Shown here: one piece after another, positions 30,001 to 42,278 of the stretch | How the letters are laid out: each line of letters starts with the position of its first letter | Position numbering within the stretch: position 1 is the first letter of the stretch | NCBI GenBank assembly: GCA_964016885.1 | Contig: OZ024740.1 | Coordinates: forward strand, 391,778,001-391,842,000 | DNA length: 64,000 bases | Origin: Eledone cirrhosa | Lineage: Eukaryota | Direction: 5' to 3' | Notes under the pieces: generated by a model | What the model was told of the DNA's origin: nothing | Database searches by the model: none | Seen by the model: the letters and a program-made list of their open reading frames with translations, nothing else | Program-made: the position numbers and the translations under genes

Positions 30001-30952
30001 CAGCATTGTTTGTAATGGTATTGGCACCAGCATTGTTTGGAATGGTATTGGCACCAGCATTGTTTGGAATGGTATTGGTACCAGCATTGTTTGGAATGGT
30101 ATTGGCACCAGCATTGTTTGGAATGGTATTGGTACCAGCATTGTTTGGAATGGTATTGTGGTATTGGCACCCGCATTGTTTGGAATGGTATTGGCACCAG
30201 CATTGTTTGGAATGGTATTGGCACCAGGATTGTTTGGAATGGTATTGGCACCAGCATTGTTTGGAATGGTATTGGCACCAGGATTGTTTGGAATGGTATT
30301 GGCACCAGCATTGTTTGGAATGGTATTGGCACCAGGATTGTTTGGAATGGTATTGGCACCAGCATTGTTTGGAATGGTATTGGCACCAGCATTGTTTGGA
30401 ATGGTATTGGCACCAGCATTGTTTGGAATGGTATTGGCACTAGCATTGTTTGGAATGGTATTGTGGTATTGGCACCCGCATTGTTTGGAATGGTATTGGC
30501 ACCAGCATTGTTTGGAATGGTATTGGCACCAGCATTGTTTGGAATGGTATTGGTACCAGCATTGTTTGGAATGGTATTGGTACCAGCATTGTTTGGAATG
30601 GTATTGTGGTATTGGCACCCGCATTGTTTGGAATGGTATTGGCACCAGCATTGTTTGGAATGGTATTGGCACCAGGATTGTTTGGAATGGTATTGGCACC
30701 AGCATTGTTTGGAATGGTATTGGCACCAGGATTGTTTGGAATGGTATTGGCACCAGCATTGTTTGGAATGGTATTGGCACCAGGATTGTTTGGAATGGTA
30801 TTGGCACCAGGATTGTTTGGAATGGTATTGGCACCAGCATTGTTTGGAATGGTATTGGCACCAGGATTGTTTGGAATGGTATTGGCACCAGGATTGTTTG
30901 GAATGGTATTGGCACCAGCATTGTTTGGAATGGTATTGGCACCAGCATTGTT
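1..30952. repeat. 27-bp tandem satellite array, consensus TTGTTTGGA(A/G)TGGTATTGGCACCAGCA, about 1150 units; continues beyond the left window edge
   Basis: Uninterrupted 27-nt periodicity to 30952; recurrent single-base variants; rare +1, -1 and +8 indels. Confidence 0.99.
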
Positions 30953-32230
30953 CACCAGTACTGGGTATATCCTCGACTGTCTTCATCAGGAATTGAAGCT
31001 GTATTTTGGTCAGTACATGACGAATACGTTCTCCCAATTGAGTTAGAGTTTTTGATTTTGAGCTATAAACTTATTCCTTCCTGTTCGAAATGCATCTGCT
31101 CCCACCCACACAGCTTGCACGACTCAGGAGTGGATAGCTGAAATGTTTCATGATCATTATATCCAATATATATATATATACATATATATGTATTGTTATG
31201 GATATAATGATCATGAAAAGGAAGACTAAATATAATTGAGTACTCAATACATATTAATTTATTGTATAATATATAATTCATTTCGGGTTAAATAAGTCAA
31301 ATTTTTAATGTAGCTGCGGACTTACGAATGAGGATCCACTTTTATTAAAGCATAAATATCTTTTGTTGCCAGTCTATATGTCCTCTGATATTTAGCATTA
31401 AATCAAAATACGGTTACTGCACCAGTAATCTATTAATCGAACTAACTATTAAGAATATGTGTTATGTGTAATTCATTTTATCTATTTTTTCTTAAGCCCT
31501 CATCAATCGTGTTTTTATGAGCAAGGGGCTATTGAAGGGGCTATTGAAGAGGGCATTCAGGTTAAAACCACATTTTCTGTTGACGACGATATTGTATGTA
31601 CAAAGTATATCCATATGTTTACTACATAAAGGTAGAAGGTCATTGATGAAAGCCCATTACATCATTGAAACCATTCCCTTTTTTGTTCATGAAAATTGTT
31701 TGCATCTCTCTGTACATAGAGTGTTTACTAAAATCTATAGATATAATTTGTAGTATAGTATCATATAGTAATTAAATAAAATGAAAAGTGTAACACGCTT
31801 TCAAACTGCATTAATATCGAAATATTTGTATCAGTATAATATAGTAATAACTATATTCTATATATGATTTTATATCAAATACATACAAGCAAGGTGAAAG
31901 ATACATTTTAGTGTAATATATTTTTCAGTGTGGAAAGCAAGCTATAAAAATGCTTTCACATTTCTTTCTATTTGAGACGACTCACACACAGATTTCGAAA
32001 ATAATTCCGGTCATCAATAAATAAAATGTGATGTTCTATTAGAGGAGGTATTCACCTAAAGATTACCTTTAACACCCAATGATATCAATTTTACTTTTAA
32101 CAGACATCAATTTCCTGTTATTCCGATATTTGCAATGACCATTAACAAATTGAATGTTCTAGACTTTCATTTTCATTTTCAGTGCGCTTACTTCAGACAA
32201 ACAAATTTGACGTCATGATTACACTAGTGC

Positions 32231-32289
<59 letters not shown>

Positions 32290-32292
<3 letters not shown>

Positions 32293-32392
32293 CGAAGGAA
32301 GTGTGGTAAGGAACCAGATGGACTATAAAGCACCAGAGTACTCAATACTTAGGGTAGTAGAGTGGGTAAACTACTTTTTCCTATATATATAT
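32290..32392 (-). mobile_element. Short PLE-type 3' tail remnant, same family as 44136-44317
   Basis: AACGAAGGAAGTGTGGTAAGGAACCAG...CTTAGGGTAGTAGAGTGGGTAA closely matches 44137-44215; flanked by (TA)n. Confidence 0.7.
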
Positions 32393-32454
32393 GGGAAAGT
32401 AAAAAACAACACAGGAGTAAATGTTAAGAAAGGTATTAGGTTCACGCTTATTGA

Positions 32455-32503
<49 letters not shown>

Positions 32504-32641
32504 TATATGTATAATATTATTTATCTATGTTCATACACGGAACAAAAGCTAAGGTTTCAACGCCCATTATTGACCGTGTCTCCAGAAATATAAGTGATCA
32601 AAATTGTGACCAATCTTCAGGCGCTTATGCGACTTTACATG

Positions 32642-32714
<73 letters not shown>

Positions 32715-32970
32715 ACATGTGTACCTGTGTGTATGAACGACCAGAAGAAATGAAAGAGCTTGAATGTGATTTCCGAGTTAATGGCAAGCTTCAATACCGA
32801 CATTGGACACCAATAATTCCTCTCAAGCGTCTGAAAGTACTATTATTAAAGAAGTAACATCGGCAATCTCGATATGAATAAAACATGTTAGTAAAATATG
32901 TTAGTAACATTATTGACAAGTTACAAAGTTCGACAACGAGTTATATATATATGTATGTATATATGTGTGT

Positions 32971-33013
<43 letters not shown>

Positions 33014-33052
33014 GTAATATTTTAATAAATATATATATATATATATATATAT

Positions 33053-33368
33053 ATCACGATAAATTAACGGAGCCATAGACTCTCGCTATTCCCTGTCAGT
33101 AATGAGCTCAAAGGAGAAGGAATCCTGAGCCCTTTAAAATACAATATGTTGAAAAGGTAACACACTAGAGAGAGAGATAGTGCGCCATCAGTCAAACAGG
33201 GAAAAACCACCAGTGTATGGAATCTATAACCTATGAAAGGCAGGGTAGACACACGATAAATATAAATTAAAGTGTATATACAAACCTCTATAACTATATA
33301 ACACACACGTACAAATCCAAAGAGATCTGTTTCACCAAATAAGTTTTTGACAGAAATGATTAGCCCAT
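33053..33368 (-). mobile_element. 5'-truncated copy of a non-coding hammerhead-bearing PLE-type element (retains only the 3' half of the ribozyme)
   Basis: Diverged reverse complement of about 33445-33765; bounded by (TA)n on both sides. Confidence 0.75.
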
Positions 33369-33378
33369 ATATATATAT

Positions 33379-33759
33379 ATACAATATGTTGGAAAGGTAA
33401 CACACAAGAGAGAGATAATGCGCCATCACACACGCTGATGAACCATGGGATATTTCATTTCTGTCAACAACTTATTTGGAGAAACAGATCTTTTGGGATT
33501 TGTACGTGTGTGTTAGATAGTTATCGAGGTATGTATTTACACTTTAATTGATACTTTTAATTATTGTGTGTCTACTCTGCCTTCCATGCTATAGATTCCA
33601 TACACTGGTGGTTTTTCCCTGTTTGACTGAGTGCGCACTATCTCTCTCTCTAGTGTGTTATCTTTTCTACATATTGTATTATAAAGGGCTCGGGATTCCT
33701 TCTCCTTTGAGCTCATTACTGACAGGGAATAGCGAGAGTCTATGGCTCCGTTAATTTAT

Positions 33760-33765
<6 letters not shown>
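33379..33765 (+). mobile_element. PLE-type terminal-repeat insertion: short inverted arm 33379-33427 plus hammerhead-bearing arm 33428-33765
   Basis: 33379-33427 is the reverse complement of about 33628-33679; (TA)n on both flanks. Confidence 0.75.
33427..33512 (+). ncRNA. Type I hammerhead ribozyme motif
   Basis: Stem I CACACACG/CGTGTGTG; CTGATGA 33435-33441; stem II ACCA/TGGA (TGGT in the sibling copy) with long loop; GAAA 33481-33484; stem III CAGATC/GATTTG; GTA triplet 33502-33504. Confidence 0.85.
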
Positions 33766-33804
<39 letters not shown>

Positions 33805-33806
<2 letters not shown>

Positions 33807-33880
33807 TAAATCTTAGACAGGAACAAAAACAGAGAGGCAGTACAAATAGTGGTTTATTAGGTTCATGCTTTTGAGAGGGT
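33805..33880 (-). mobile_element. Solo 3' tail related to the PLE at 57524-60497
   Basis: ACAGGAACAAAAACAGAGAGGCAGTACAA...TTTATTA..TTCA.GCT matches the reverse complement of about 60425-60490; abuts (TA)n. Confidence 0.65.
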
Positions 33881-33912
33881 GTGTGTGTGAGTGTACATAC
33901 ATATATATATGT

Positions 33913-33962
<50 letters not shown>

Positions 33963-34342
33963 ATATATAATATATATATATATATGTATGTACATATATA
34001 TGTAAATGTGTATGCACGCGCGAGTGTGTGTACAATGTTTCATGACGCATTTGGCAAAAGAGAAATTTTTAACAATCCGCATCATGTGAAATCATTCATA
34101 TGGCTTGATTTCGATACTGAAAAATATATTGCACTATATTTTTCACTCTGCCTGTATCTATTTGCAATCAAATTATATATGCTATATAGCTACTACCTAT
34201 ATAGCATATATAATTTGATATAACCGATATTGATATAATTCGAAAGCTATGTCTCAGCGTATATATTATGTATAAATACTCTGCTACATGAATGGTGTAA
34301 ATGTTTGTAGTAACTTTTATACCTATACATTTACAAATCAAG

Positions 34343-34376
<34 letters not shown>

Positions 34377-34593
34377 ATAAATATAAACACACACACACAC
34401 AGAAATAACAAAACAAACGACACAATACAATGTAAAAAATATATTAGTTTTACGTTTGATATAATAGGAAAAGAGTCATAATGTTACGCTAGTCCTTCAT
34501 CAGAAATTAGAGTGAGAATTAAAGAAAAAAGTAATAGAAAAATAGAGGAGAGTGAGAAGTGGCAGAAATGAAAATAAATATTTGAGAAAAAAA

Positions 34594-35570
34594 CTGGTTT
34601 ATTCAAGTTCCCATCACTTGGAAAACTGTTGAATCAGGCGTTGGTGTATAATAAAATCAGTTGGTCTTGTTTAAAAAGGCGGTGATCGAACGCGTCTAGC
34701 TGAAAAGGGAAAACGTTGTTGCATATATAGAGCGTGTGTGTGTGTGCGTATATGTGTGTTTGTTGTTTTCTGTACAAAGGTAAGAGGATAAGTGTGTATA
34801 TAAGTTTATGAGTGTATGTGTGTGTTAATTGTTGGACCGTACAGAGCTGTGAGGGTAATTGTAGAAGTGCGTGTTTGTTGTTGGTCTGTAAAACTGTAAA
34901 AGCTGTAATGGTTTTCTGACTGTAACAGATCCATAGGAACCTAGGGGGTGAAGGTGCGCGCGCATGTGTGACAGTGGACGTGGTAGGAGTGACAGTGACT
35001 AGTGGTATAGAAGTAAGCGCGAGCATATGTGTGCAAGATTAAAAGGAGGCAAATACTACATCGGTGAATGTGTTGGTTGAGGAGTGGGGGTTACGGAAAG
35101 AACCGTTAGAGCTTGTGAGAGTGGTGAGGTTAGAAATGAATGGACAGGTGTTACAGCGGGGACGGGAACAGGGAGTTGGGTGGAGTCATCGTTGAGGAAA
35201 GGAAGGAACGGCATACCAGGGGTCGCGGAGAAGTCGGTCACATTTAAAGGCGGTGTTGGGTGGGTTTGGAAGGAAGTGTGAAGTGACAGAGTCAGAAGAT
35301 AGGGTGCGGAAGCAACGACAGGTATGTGCCGGAGAGCTAGGGTAGTGGGATGGTAGGTAAAGGGAAAAGAAAAGCGGGTGTTGGGGGCGTTGGTGGGTTA
35401 GGGGTCATTCTGGTACCCATGGCTACCCCAGAGACCTATTGGTAAAACTCTCCGGAAAAGGAAAAACCATTGAGAGTGAAAACAAGCTCAACAGGGAGAA
35501 GGATAGTAGAAGTGCTCTGATAGGGTGTAGGGCGTATGTCTAAAAATGTAGGAGAGCGCGGAGGCCATCA
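34594..35570 (-). pseudogene. Degenerate, probably internally deleted Penelope-like element (RT fragment plus C-rich tract)
   Basis: Minus strand at about 35400-35570 reads GLRALLHF...ELVFTLNGFSFSGEFYQ*VSGVAMGTRM, matching the RT at about 57690-57850; left boundary uncertain. Confidence 0.65.
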
Positions 35571-35599
35571 CAAACACACGCCACACACACACACACACG

Positions 35600-35677
<78 letters not shown>

Positions 35678-35900
35678 GAAATATATTTCTTTATTTACCA
35701 TAAAGGCATAAAAAGAAGGGACAAATACAAGAGGGGAGTTTACATAAAATTGAGTAAAAAGGGTATAAAATGAACATAATCGGAAACAACCTCAAAAGGG
35801 AGGGGACGTGATGGGGGTTGCACACACCCCCGAAAAAGTGTGCAATCCTTTGCCCGGGGAGCATATGTAGAAGGTGCTCCCCTCTCCTTCACTTCTTTAC

Positions 35901-38900
35901 CTACAGGATGGTATACAGAGAAGGCCCATTTACACGAGCCATTCTCGCCACTATCACCCACCTTTCATAAAACTGCCTGTGGCCAAGCACCTCTCTCTCA
36001 ATTCTTATCCTTCTTCCGAAGTGATATCGGAAGAAGTAGAGCAGACTATGGCCAGAGAGGAAGTTGCCTGACCTCAGACCTTTCAATCGTGTCCACCAAA
36101 TAACCTCTTTCAACATGGCTATTACGCACAGAAAAACCGCCTTTGCTTCCTTTGTGAAGAGGGGAGGCGGCTTGATTGTCATCACGGACTCGGCGGTCAA
36201 TCGAATCGGCGCCATCCGCGACAGATGTCGTTCGGTGTATCCCCACAGATCAGCCACGCCCGGACATTGCACCAATGCATGCGCAACGGCTTCTTCGTGA
36301 CGCACGCATCTAGGGCTAATCTTTTTCGAGGGATCCCTGCCCGGGCGCCCGTGTCTGTAGAGCCTCTCTCGAACGGGTAGAGCCCCCCGGTAGCACTGCC
36401 AGGCTAGTGACTTCTGGAAGTTGTCCATTGGTCCCGGGCCGAAAGTCCTACCGAACAGGCTGGCCAGTTCGTCCTCTTCCATGTCCAGCGACTCTCCAAG
36501 GGTGTCATCGCCCCTGCTAGCCACCAGCCCTCTATAGAATGATGAGGTGGATTCTCCACCGATGGCCTGGTCCGCTTGCCAGAGAGCCCTGAGCGCCTGG
36601 GCACACTCAGTGTGCCAGTCTCCCAGTTTTCCGGATCTTTGCTTGACCCAGGACTGCAGCTCGGTGAGCGAGACGAGTCTCGGAAAGGCTCGTTTCACGA
36701 ACGGAGCCCACACCGGTTGACCAGTGAGGAATACCTGTAGGTGCCGTAGCCTTAATGCGTGCCTACGCATCATCAACCACGGCATCCCCAGCCCTCCTTT
36801 CGAAGGTTGTTGGCAGCAGATGGATCTTCTCACCATAGGAGGGCGCTTCTTCCAAAGAAATTGGAAGAGCATGCGTTCCATGGTGGTGAGTGTTTCCTTA
36901 GGGCAAGGCACGACAGTCAGGCGGTAGCAAGTGACGGACGCTATGTAAATGTTCGCCACCTCCGCCCGACCTTTTAGGACAGCTTACACTTGGCCCATTT
37001 CTGGGTTAGTGCAAACACCTTGTGCGTAACCTCGTCCCAGTTCTTTTCCACCTGGAGGTCCGGTCCAAACCAGACCCCAAGCAACTTCACCGGGCCCTCC
37101 GTCCAGTGTCCGACGACACCGTCGGGAGGCATCGGTCTGCCTCTCCACGTTCCGAGTTGCAGCCTGGATTTTTCCCGGTTCAGTTTCGCTCCTGACAACC
37201 TTTCGTAATCCTCCAGTAAGGTACCGATCGCCTCGATCTCCGAGTCGGTCGATACCATTACTGTTACGTCATCGGCGTAGGCGGACACCGCTTTGCTCAA
37301 TCCTGGTTCCAGGGGGATACCCTGCAACAACTCCAACTTCCTCAGTAAAGGCTCGAGAGTCAATACGTACAGAAGGGAGGAGAGAGGGCACCCCTGTCGA
37401 ATGGATCGTGTGATTTCGAACGGCTTCGAAAGGTAGCCGTTCACCTTGATCCTAGAACAGATGTGGTTGCTATGTAAGGCAGTGATCCAGCCTCTGAAAA
37501 CAGGACCGAACCCAGCCGCCGCTAGCACCGCATCCAGGTAACCATGGTCGACCCTATCGAAGGCCTTAGACTGATCCAAGTTGATCAGGGCCCCACCAAA
37601 GCCGGGTTTGTTGCCAACCCTCTCTATGATGTATCGCATGAGGTGGAGGTTATCGTGAATGGACCTGGATGGGATAGCACATGTCTGCGCATCTCCCACC
37701 AGGCCACCCACGACAAGCGCCAACCTCTTTGCTAATACCTTGGCCAAAATCTTTAACTCTGTGTTTAGCAGAGTTATGGGCCGAAAATTATTTATACTAT
37801 CCCCCTTGTTCTCGTCCTTCCTCACCAGTGAGACTACGCCCTTGGCTACAGAACAAGGAATTCTGCCGTTCTGCTGCCAATTGCAGTAGACCGCTTCGAG
37901 GAGTTCGGAGAAGAAGACCGGCATTGCTAAATAAAGTTCGTAAGGTATACCATCGAGACCTGGAGATTTGCGTCTACTGCATTGGCTCAGCGCATCCCCG
38001 ATCTCATCAGCCGAGATTGGTCCCTCGCAGGACTCTGCCTTTTCGCTCGAGAGACGCGGCAGGCCGTCGAGGTATGGACCGAAATCCACGTCCCCGCCCG
38101 GACCCTCGCCTCCCCCGAATGATCGGGCAAAGTGCCTTTGAAAGGCCTCACACATCTGCTTAGGCTCCCGGATCACCCGTCCATCCTCGTCTTGCAAAGA
38201 CCGGATGGTGGATCGATTTCCACTCTTAGCTTCTGTCACGCGGGCCCAGCCAACGGCTTTGGCCCCCTCATTACCTAGAGCACGTATTTTACTTCGAATG
38301 ACGCACCCTTCGGCTTTGCATCGAAAAACTGGTTCAAGGCCGTCCTCGATGCCAGCACTCTGGCCACATCTTCGCTCTTGATTGCCTCTTCTAATTTACC
38401 TGTTAATTCTTTCTCGTTTCTATTCCTATCGGCAGCTAACATCTTGCTATAACTTATTGATTCTGTTCTAATCTCTCTTTTGAGAGATGCCCACCATCGG
38501 TTGTTGACGATTGCACCTGTCAACCTCTCCTTAACTATTCTGCTAATCCGGTTTCTGTAAGTCTCTTTTGCCGGTAAAGACAAATTAAGTTTCCAGTAAC
38601 CGGGACCCTGTTTATGTGTTTTCTGGAGATTGACTACGCAGGTCACTAATTTGTGATCGTGTAGCCAACCGCGCGCATTTCTGGACAGCTTAATATGTCC
38701 CTATCCTTACTTCTAACTAAGAATCTATCTAAGTACGATCTAGATTGACCACTGTGGTTTCTCCAAGTCCAGGTAGGCACAGTTGGAAAATCTAGTCGAT
38801 ATCTATCGACCAAGTTAAAACGGTCGAGTAACCCCTTGAGGATGTTACACCCCCTCTATTAGGACATACTCCTGCATAGTCCCAACGTGCATCTAGGATG

Positions 38901-39331
38901 TCATTCCAATCCCCCGCTAGAAGCAGGGAACGCGACGTTCCCAGAAAAGTCTCCAAACGCTGGAAGAAGTCGGGCCGTTCAGCTCCGAAAGGGGAGTAGA
39001 CGGCGACCAGTCTCAAGGCCGCACTTTCACTACTGCCAACGTCTAGCACCAACAAACGACCCTCCGGGTCCGAGTGAACAACCTGTACGGCGAGACCCAG
39101 GTGTTTTTCCAGCAGTACGACAACCCCACCCCCACCTCGAGGTTGACAGAGAGATGCATGCACTTCAAAGTCATCGAAGGTAGGGGCCAGCTGCCGCACG
39201 ACACTGATCCGAGTCTCACAGATAACCATTACATTTATACCACGTGACCTGAGGTCATTTAGAAGCTTTGCTTGCTTCCAAGTTGAGCACAGGCAACGTG
39301 CATTCAAACATCCTACTCTTAACACATCCAT
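35901..39331 (-). pseudogene. Tx1-type ORF2 (AP endonuclease, reverse transcriptase, degenerate C-terminal zinc finger) split into four ORFs
   Basis: LNARCL, ICETR, LLAGDWN, GPGYWKLN, RPITLLNTELKILAK, LDQSKAFDRVDH, RQGCPLS, AYADD, RCVRHEEAVAHALVQC. Confidence 0.93.
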
Positions 39332-40023
39332 GTGGGCGGCAAAGCCAAAGGAGAGTGTAGAGACCTACCTTTCTGCTTCCCGGGGTTCGGGTCACACGAC
39401 TTCCATGGGGTCGGGGGTGTTGGGTGAAGGGGTGCCTTGTGGTGGTGTGGGGTCGTCAGTGTGTGGTGGGGTTGGAGTGTTTGGAGTTGTGTTGGGAAGG
39501 GGAAGGGGAGGGGGAAAGCTTTTTAGTAGGACGCGGTTTATGGGTTTGACAGAGGGTGGTCATACGTCCTCCTTAAAATCCTTTTTTAGTTTTTGGTAGA
39601 GGTTCATTGGGATATTTATTAATTTTAAATGTGGGTAGTTTTCTGAAGAAACAACGTTTACACCTTCGGTTTGTACCGAAGGATTATTGTTTAGGAGTTC
39701 ATTTAATTTATTATTGTTTCTGTTGATGTAAGTATAGTGTAATGTCTTTTTTTCGGATGGTGTGAGTGTTTCGAAGAGGGGAGGGGCAGGTTTGGTTTTG
39801 TTTGTTGCTGGAGGGGTGTTTCGTGTTTTGTTGGATTGTGTTGACATTTGGGTAGGGGTTGTTTGGCCTTGTATGTTTTGCACATGTTTTCTTTTTTTCC
39901 TTTTAATCTGTCTGAAGGACTCCGTTTCTTCCTCCGAATTCGTTGGGTTATCTTCAGTGTTGGAGGTTTGCTGGTAATGTTTCAGTGTTGGTTTTCTTTG
40001 TGGGGGAGATGGATGTCACTATG

Positions 40024-40995
40024 TTAGACTGTGTTGTGTGGCTGCGGTGGTTGTGTTGTTTTATTGAGTGAGGGGTTGGGTGGGACTGTGTTTTGTTTTT
40101 GGGTAATGTGTTGTGACTGTTTGTGTTGTGGTGGTGGTGTAGTTTTACTGAGGGACGGGTTGGGTGGGACTGAGTTTTGTTGTTTGTTTATCTGTTGTGG
40201 TGGTGGTGGAGCTGGTGTTGGTAGCAGGGTTTTCTTTTTGTTGAGTTGGGGACAAGCCGCCTTCAGGTGCCCTCTGCCTGCACAGATATGACAGGACGGC
40301 CTTCTCCCCTCCATGCTAATGTTTATATACCCGTGGCCCTCTAATAGGATTCTGTCGGGTATTTGGGCGATGCGTTCAGGCTTCATTTGCACTACAAGTT
40401 CTATGCCTGTTCCACTGAACGCATTGCCTGTGGTTTTCCCAATGGAAATCACGTTGTCATTCGCTGGATCGATGAAGCCAGCTATGAGCCAGCAGTAGTC
40501 CACATCTGGCATCATTGCATCCAGCCATATGCGCTGAGTTCTTTTACCCATATAAGATGGATAAAAGGTAAAATTTGTCGAACGAATCGGCGACAAAGCA
40601 CATTTTTTTGCCGCCGATTCGTTCTTCATAATAATCGCTAGGCTTCCATACAGTCTGTCTCTTCTTATGAAAGTGGTTTCATTAAGTACTTCTGTAAGTA
40701 CTGCTTTGATTTCTGTTTGTGTTGGCTGTTGAGGTTTTTTAGAAATGTTGTTGATGGTGCGGAAAACAACCGTCCGACTTTCAATGTCTTTGGTGAGTTC
40801 TTGAGGCATTTTTACCGATAAAATACCATTTTCCCCTTGAGTTATGTATTGTTTGGCGTTTATAATTCTTTGTGCCACATCTGAAATATTTTCAGGTATA
40901 TATGTCAAAGATTTCTTTGTTGTTTGTGCAAATGAAATATTATTGGTGTTGACTTTGTCGTCTGCTTTGCTTTCTGTTATGATGTTGTTTTTCAA
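40024..40995 (-). CDS. LINE ORF1 (gag-like nucleic-acid-binding protein); Pro/Thr-rich tail probably continues after a frameshift toward about 39400
   Basis: CHICAGRGHLKAAC (CX2CX4HX4C) upstream of and co-oriented with ORF2. Confidence 0.8.
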   Translation of the reverse strand: MKNNIITESKADDKVNTNNISFAQTTKKSLTYIPENISDVAQRIINAKQYITQGENGILSVKMPQELTKDIESRTVVFRTINNISKKPQQPTQTEIKAVLTEVLNETTFIRRDRLYGSLAIIMKNESAAKKCALSPIRSTNFTFYPSYMGKRTQRIWLDAMMPDVDYCWLIAGFIDPANDNVISIGKTTGNAFSGTGIELVVQMKPERIAQIPDRILLEGHGYINISMEGRRPSCHICAGRGHLKAACPQLNKKKTLLPTPAPPPPQQINKQQNSVPPNPSLSKTTPPPQHKQSQHITQKQNTVPPNPSLNKTTQPPQPHNTV

Positions 40996-41501
40996 ATGTT
41001 ATTTTTGTGTTTGTTGTGTCTTTGTTTGTGGTATTAATATTGTCATGCAATTTTTCAAATTTATTTTTGTTGTTGGAATCAATGTCCAGATTTGTGTTTT
41101 CGTCATTTTTCTCCGCAGATTCGTCTGTTTTTATTTTATTTTTTCTTTCCTTCTCTATGACGTTAGTTGGGAAGGAAGGGGGCGGACTAAAGCGTGCGAT
41201 CTTACAACTCTTACCGCTGTCCCCCCACCACTATTTTCGTTAGCTTCGTTTAACATTTCTGTCAGACGATTGAAATTTTTTATGCCACAAAATTTTTAAA
41301 AACAGGTTTTTCACCCCTGGGAGGGGCAAAGATGAGCTGACCCACCGCCTGACAGTTCAGACGGGAGGGTCAAGCTTCACAATAGTATGAAAATTAAAAT
41401 TGAACTTACAAAATTTCCGCAATAAATTTGAACAAAACTTCTGCGCGAAGTGAATTACATCTACGCTGTAGAACAGACGACAGCTAGATTAAGAGACAGA
41501 C

Positions 41502-41504
<3 letters not shown>

Positions 41505-41582
<78 letters not shown>

Positions 41583-41599
41583 TAGAGAGAGAGAGAGAC

Positions 41600-41668
<69 letters not shown>

Positions 41669-41683
41669 GAGAGAGAGAGAGAG
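41505..41683. repeat. (TA)n/(GA)n compound microsatellite
   Basis: Directly visible. Confidence 0.95.
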
Positions 41684-42077
41684 ATGCATAAATCTTAAAG
41701 GAAAGAAATACATATAAGTACTGAATGAATAATGAATTTATAAGCTCTCGGAGAGATTCGTCGGTTATTCTATAAATTATGAAATGTATGTATGCATATG
41801 TGTATGTGTATATATATATGTTTATGTGTATTTGTATGCATATGCGTATATATGAGAGGGTATTGTATCAACAGTGGTACAAAAAAGGTGGGTGTTTTAC
41901 ATTTTAATTTTACCTGTTAATTATTATGTATTTTCTCCACTTTTCGTAAACCTTATATCCTTCACTATAGTGGTTGTCTACCCCTTGTAATTGAAACTTA
42001 CCCCCTTTTTGTGTTTTCTTCTCTATATATTGTATTGTGAAGAGTCCGGTAATTATACCTTGTGTGTGCATGTGTGC

Positions 42078-42127
<50 letters not shown>

Positions 42128-42194
42128 AAGGTTTAGTAAATAATGAAAAAGTTTCAAAATAAATTTTAAAAAATTGACTTTACCTACTATAGTT

Positions 42195-42278
42195 ACCTTT
42201 ACCGATCGGTTTCGAATCCCAAAAATAAAACGGAGACCAAACGGCCTTCGTTGCAAAGAGAAATTCTCGTCAGAAGGT
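42195..42278 (-). ncRNA. Type I hammerhead ribozyme motif (483-nt family)
   Basis: Reverse complement of 42848-42931 with two substitutions. Confidence 0.85.

Larger units (their letters stand above)
35678..41491 (-). mobile_element. Near full-length Tx1/L1-clade non-LTR retrotransposon, frameshifted
   Basis: ORF1 with CCHC knuckle, then APE-RT ORF2; AATAAA near the 3' end; candidate TSD AGAGACAGACAGA at 35665-35677 and 41492-41504. Confidence 0.92.

Noticed and set aside
1-30952. Very long ORFs (LFGMVLAPA, WNGIGTSIV, LEWYWHQHC, NNAGANTIP, etc.) as real repetitive proteins
   Set aside because: The 27-mer consensus is stop-free in all six frames; stops and frameshifts are propagated in duplicated blocks; no frame is clearly preserved
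1-30952. CRISPR array
   Set aside because: Repeats are contiguous with no unique spacers, no cas genes, and the context is eukaryotic
30953-31143. Minus-strand exon (TTTCAG acceptor near 31138) reading into the satellite, and a CTGATGA near 30982-30988
   Set aside because: All three frames hit stops between the acceptor and the array; no GAAA core follows the CTGATGA
34447-34506. Minus-strand CTGATGA...AAACGTA hammerhead-like relic
   Set aside because: No stem II pairing and the G of GAAA is missing
42208-42220. tRNA T-arm/B-box-like GGTTTCGAATCCC
   Set aside because: It is the antisense of the hammerhead stem II-GAAA junction; no cloverleaf or A-box nearby
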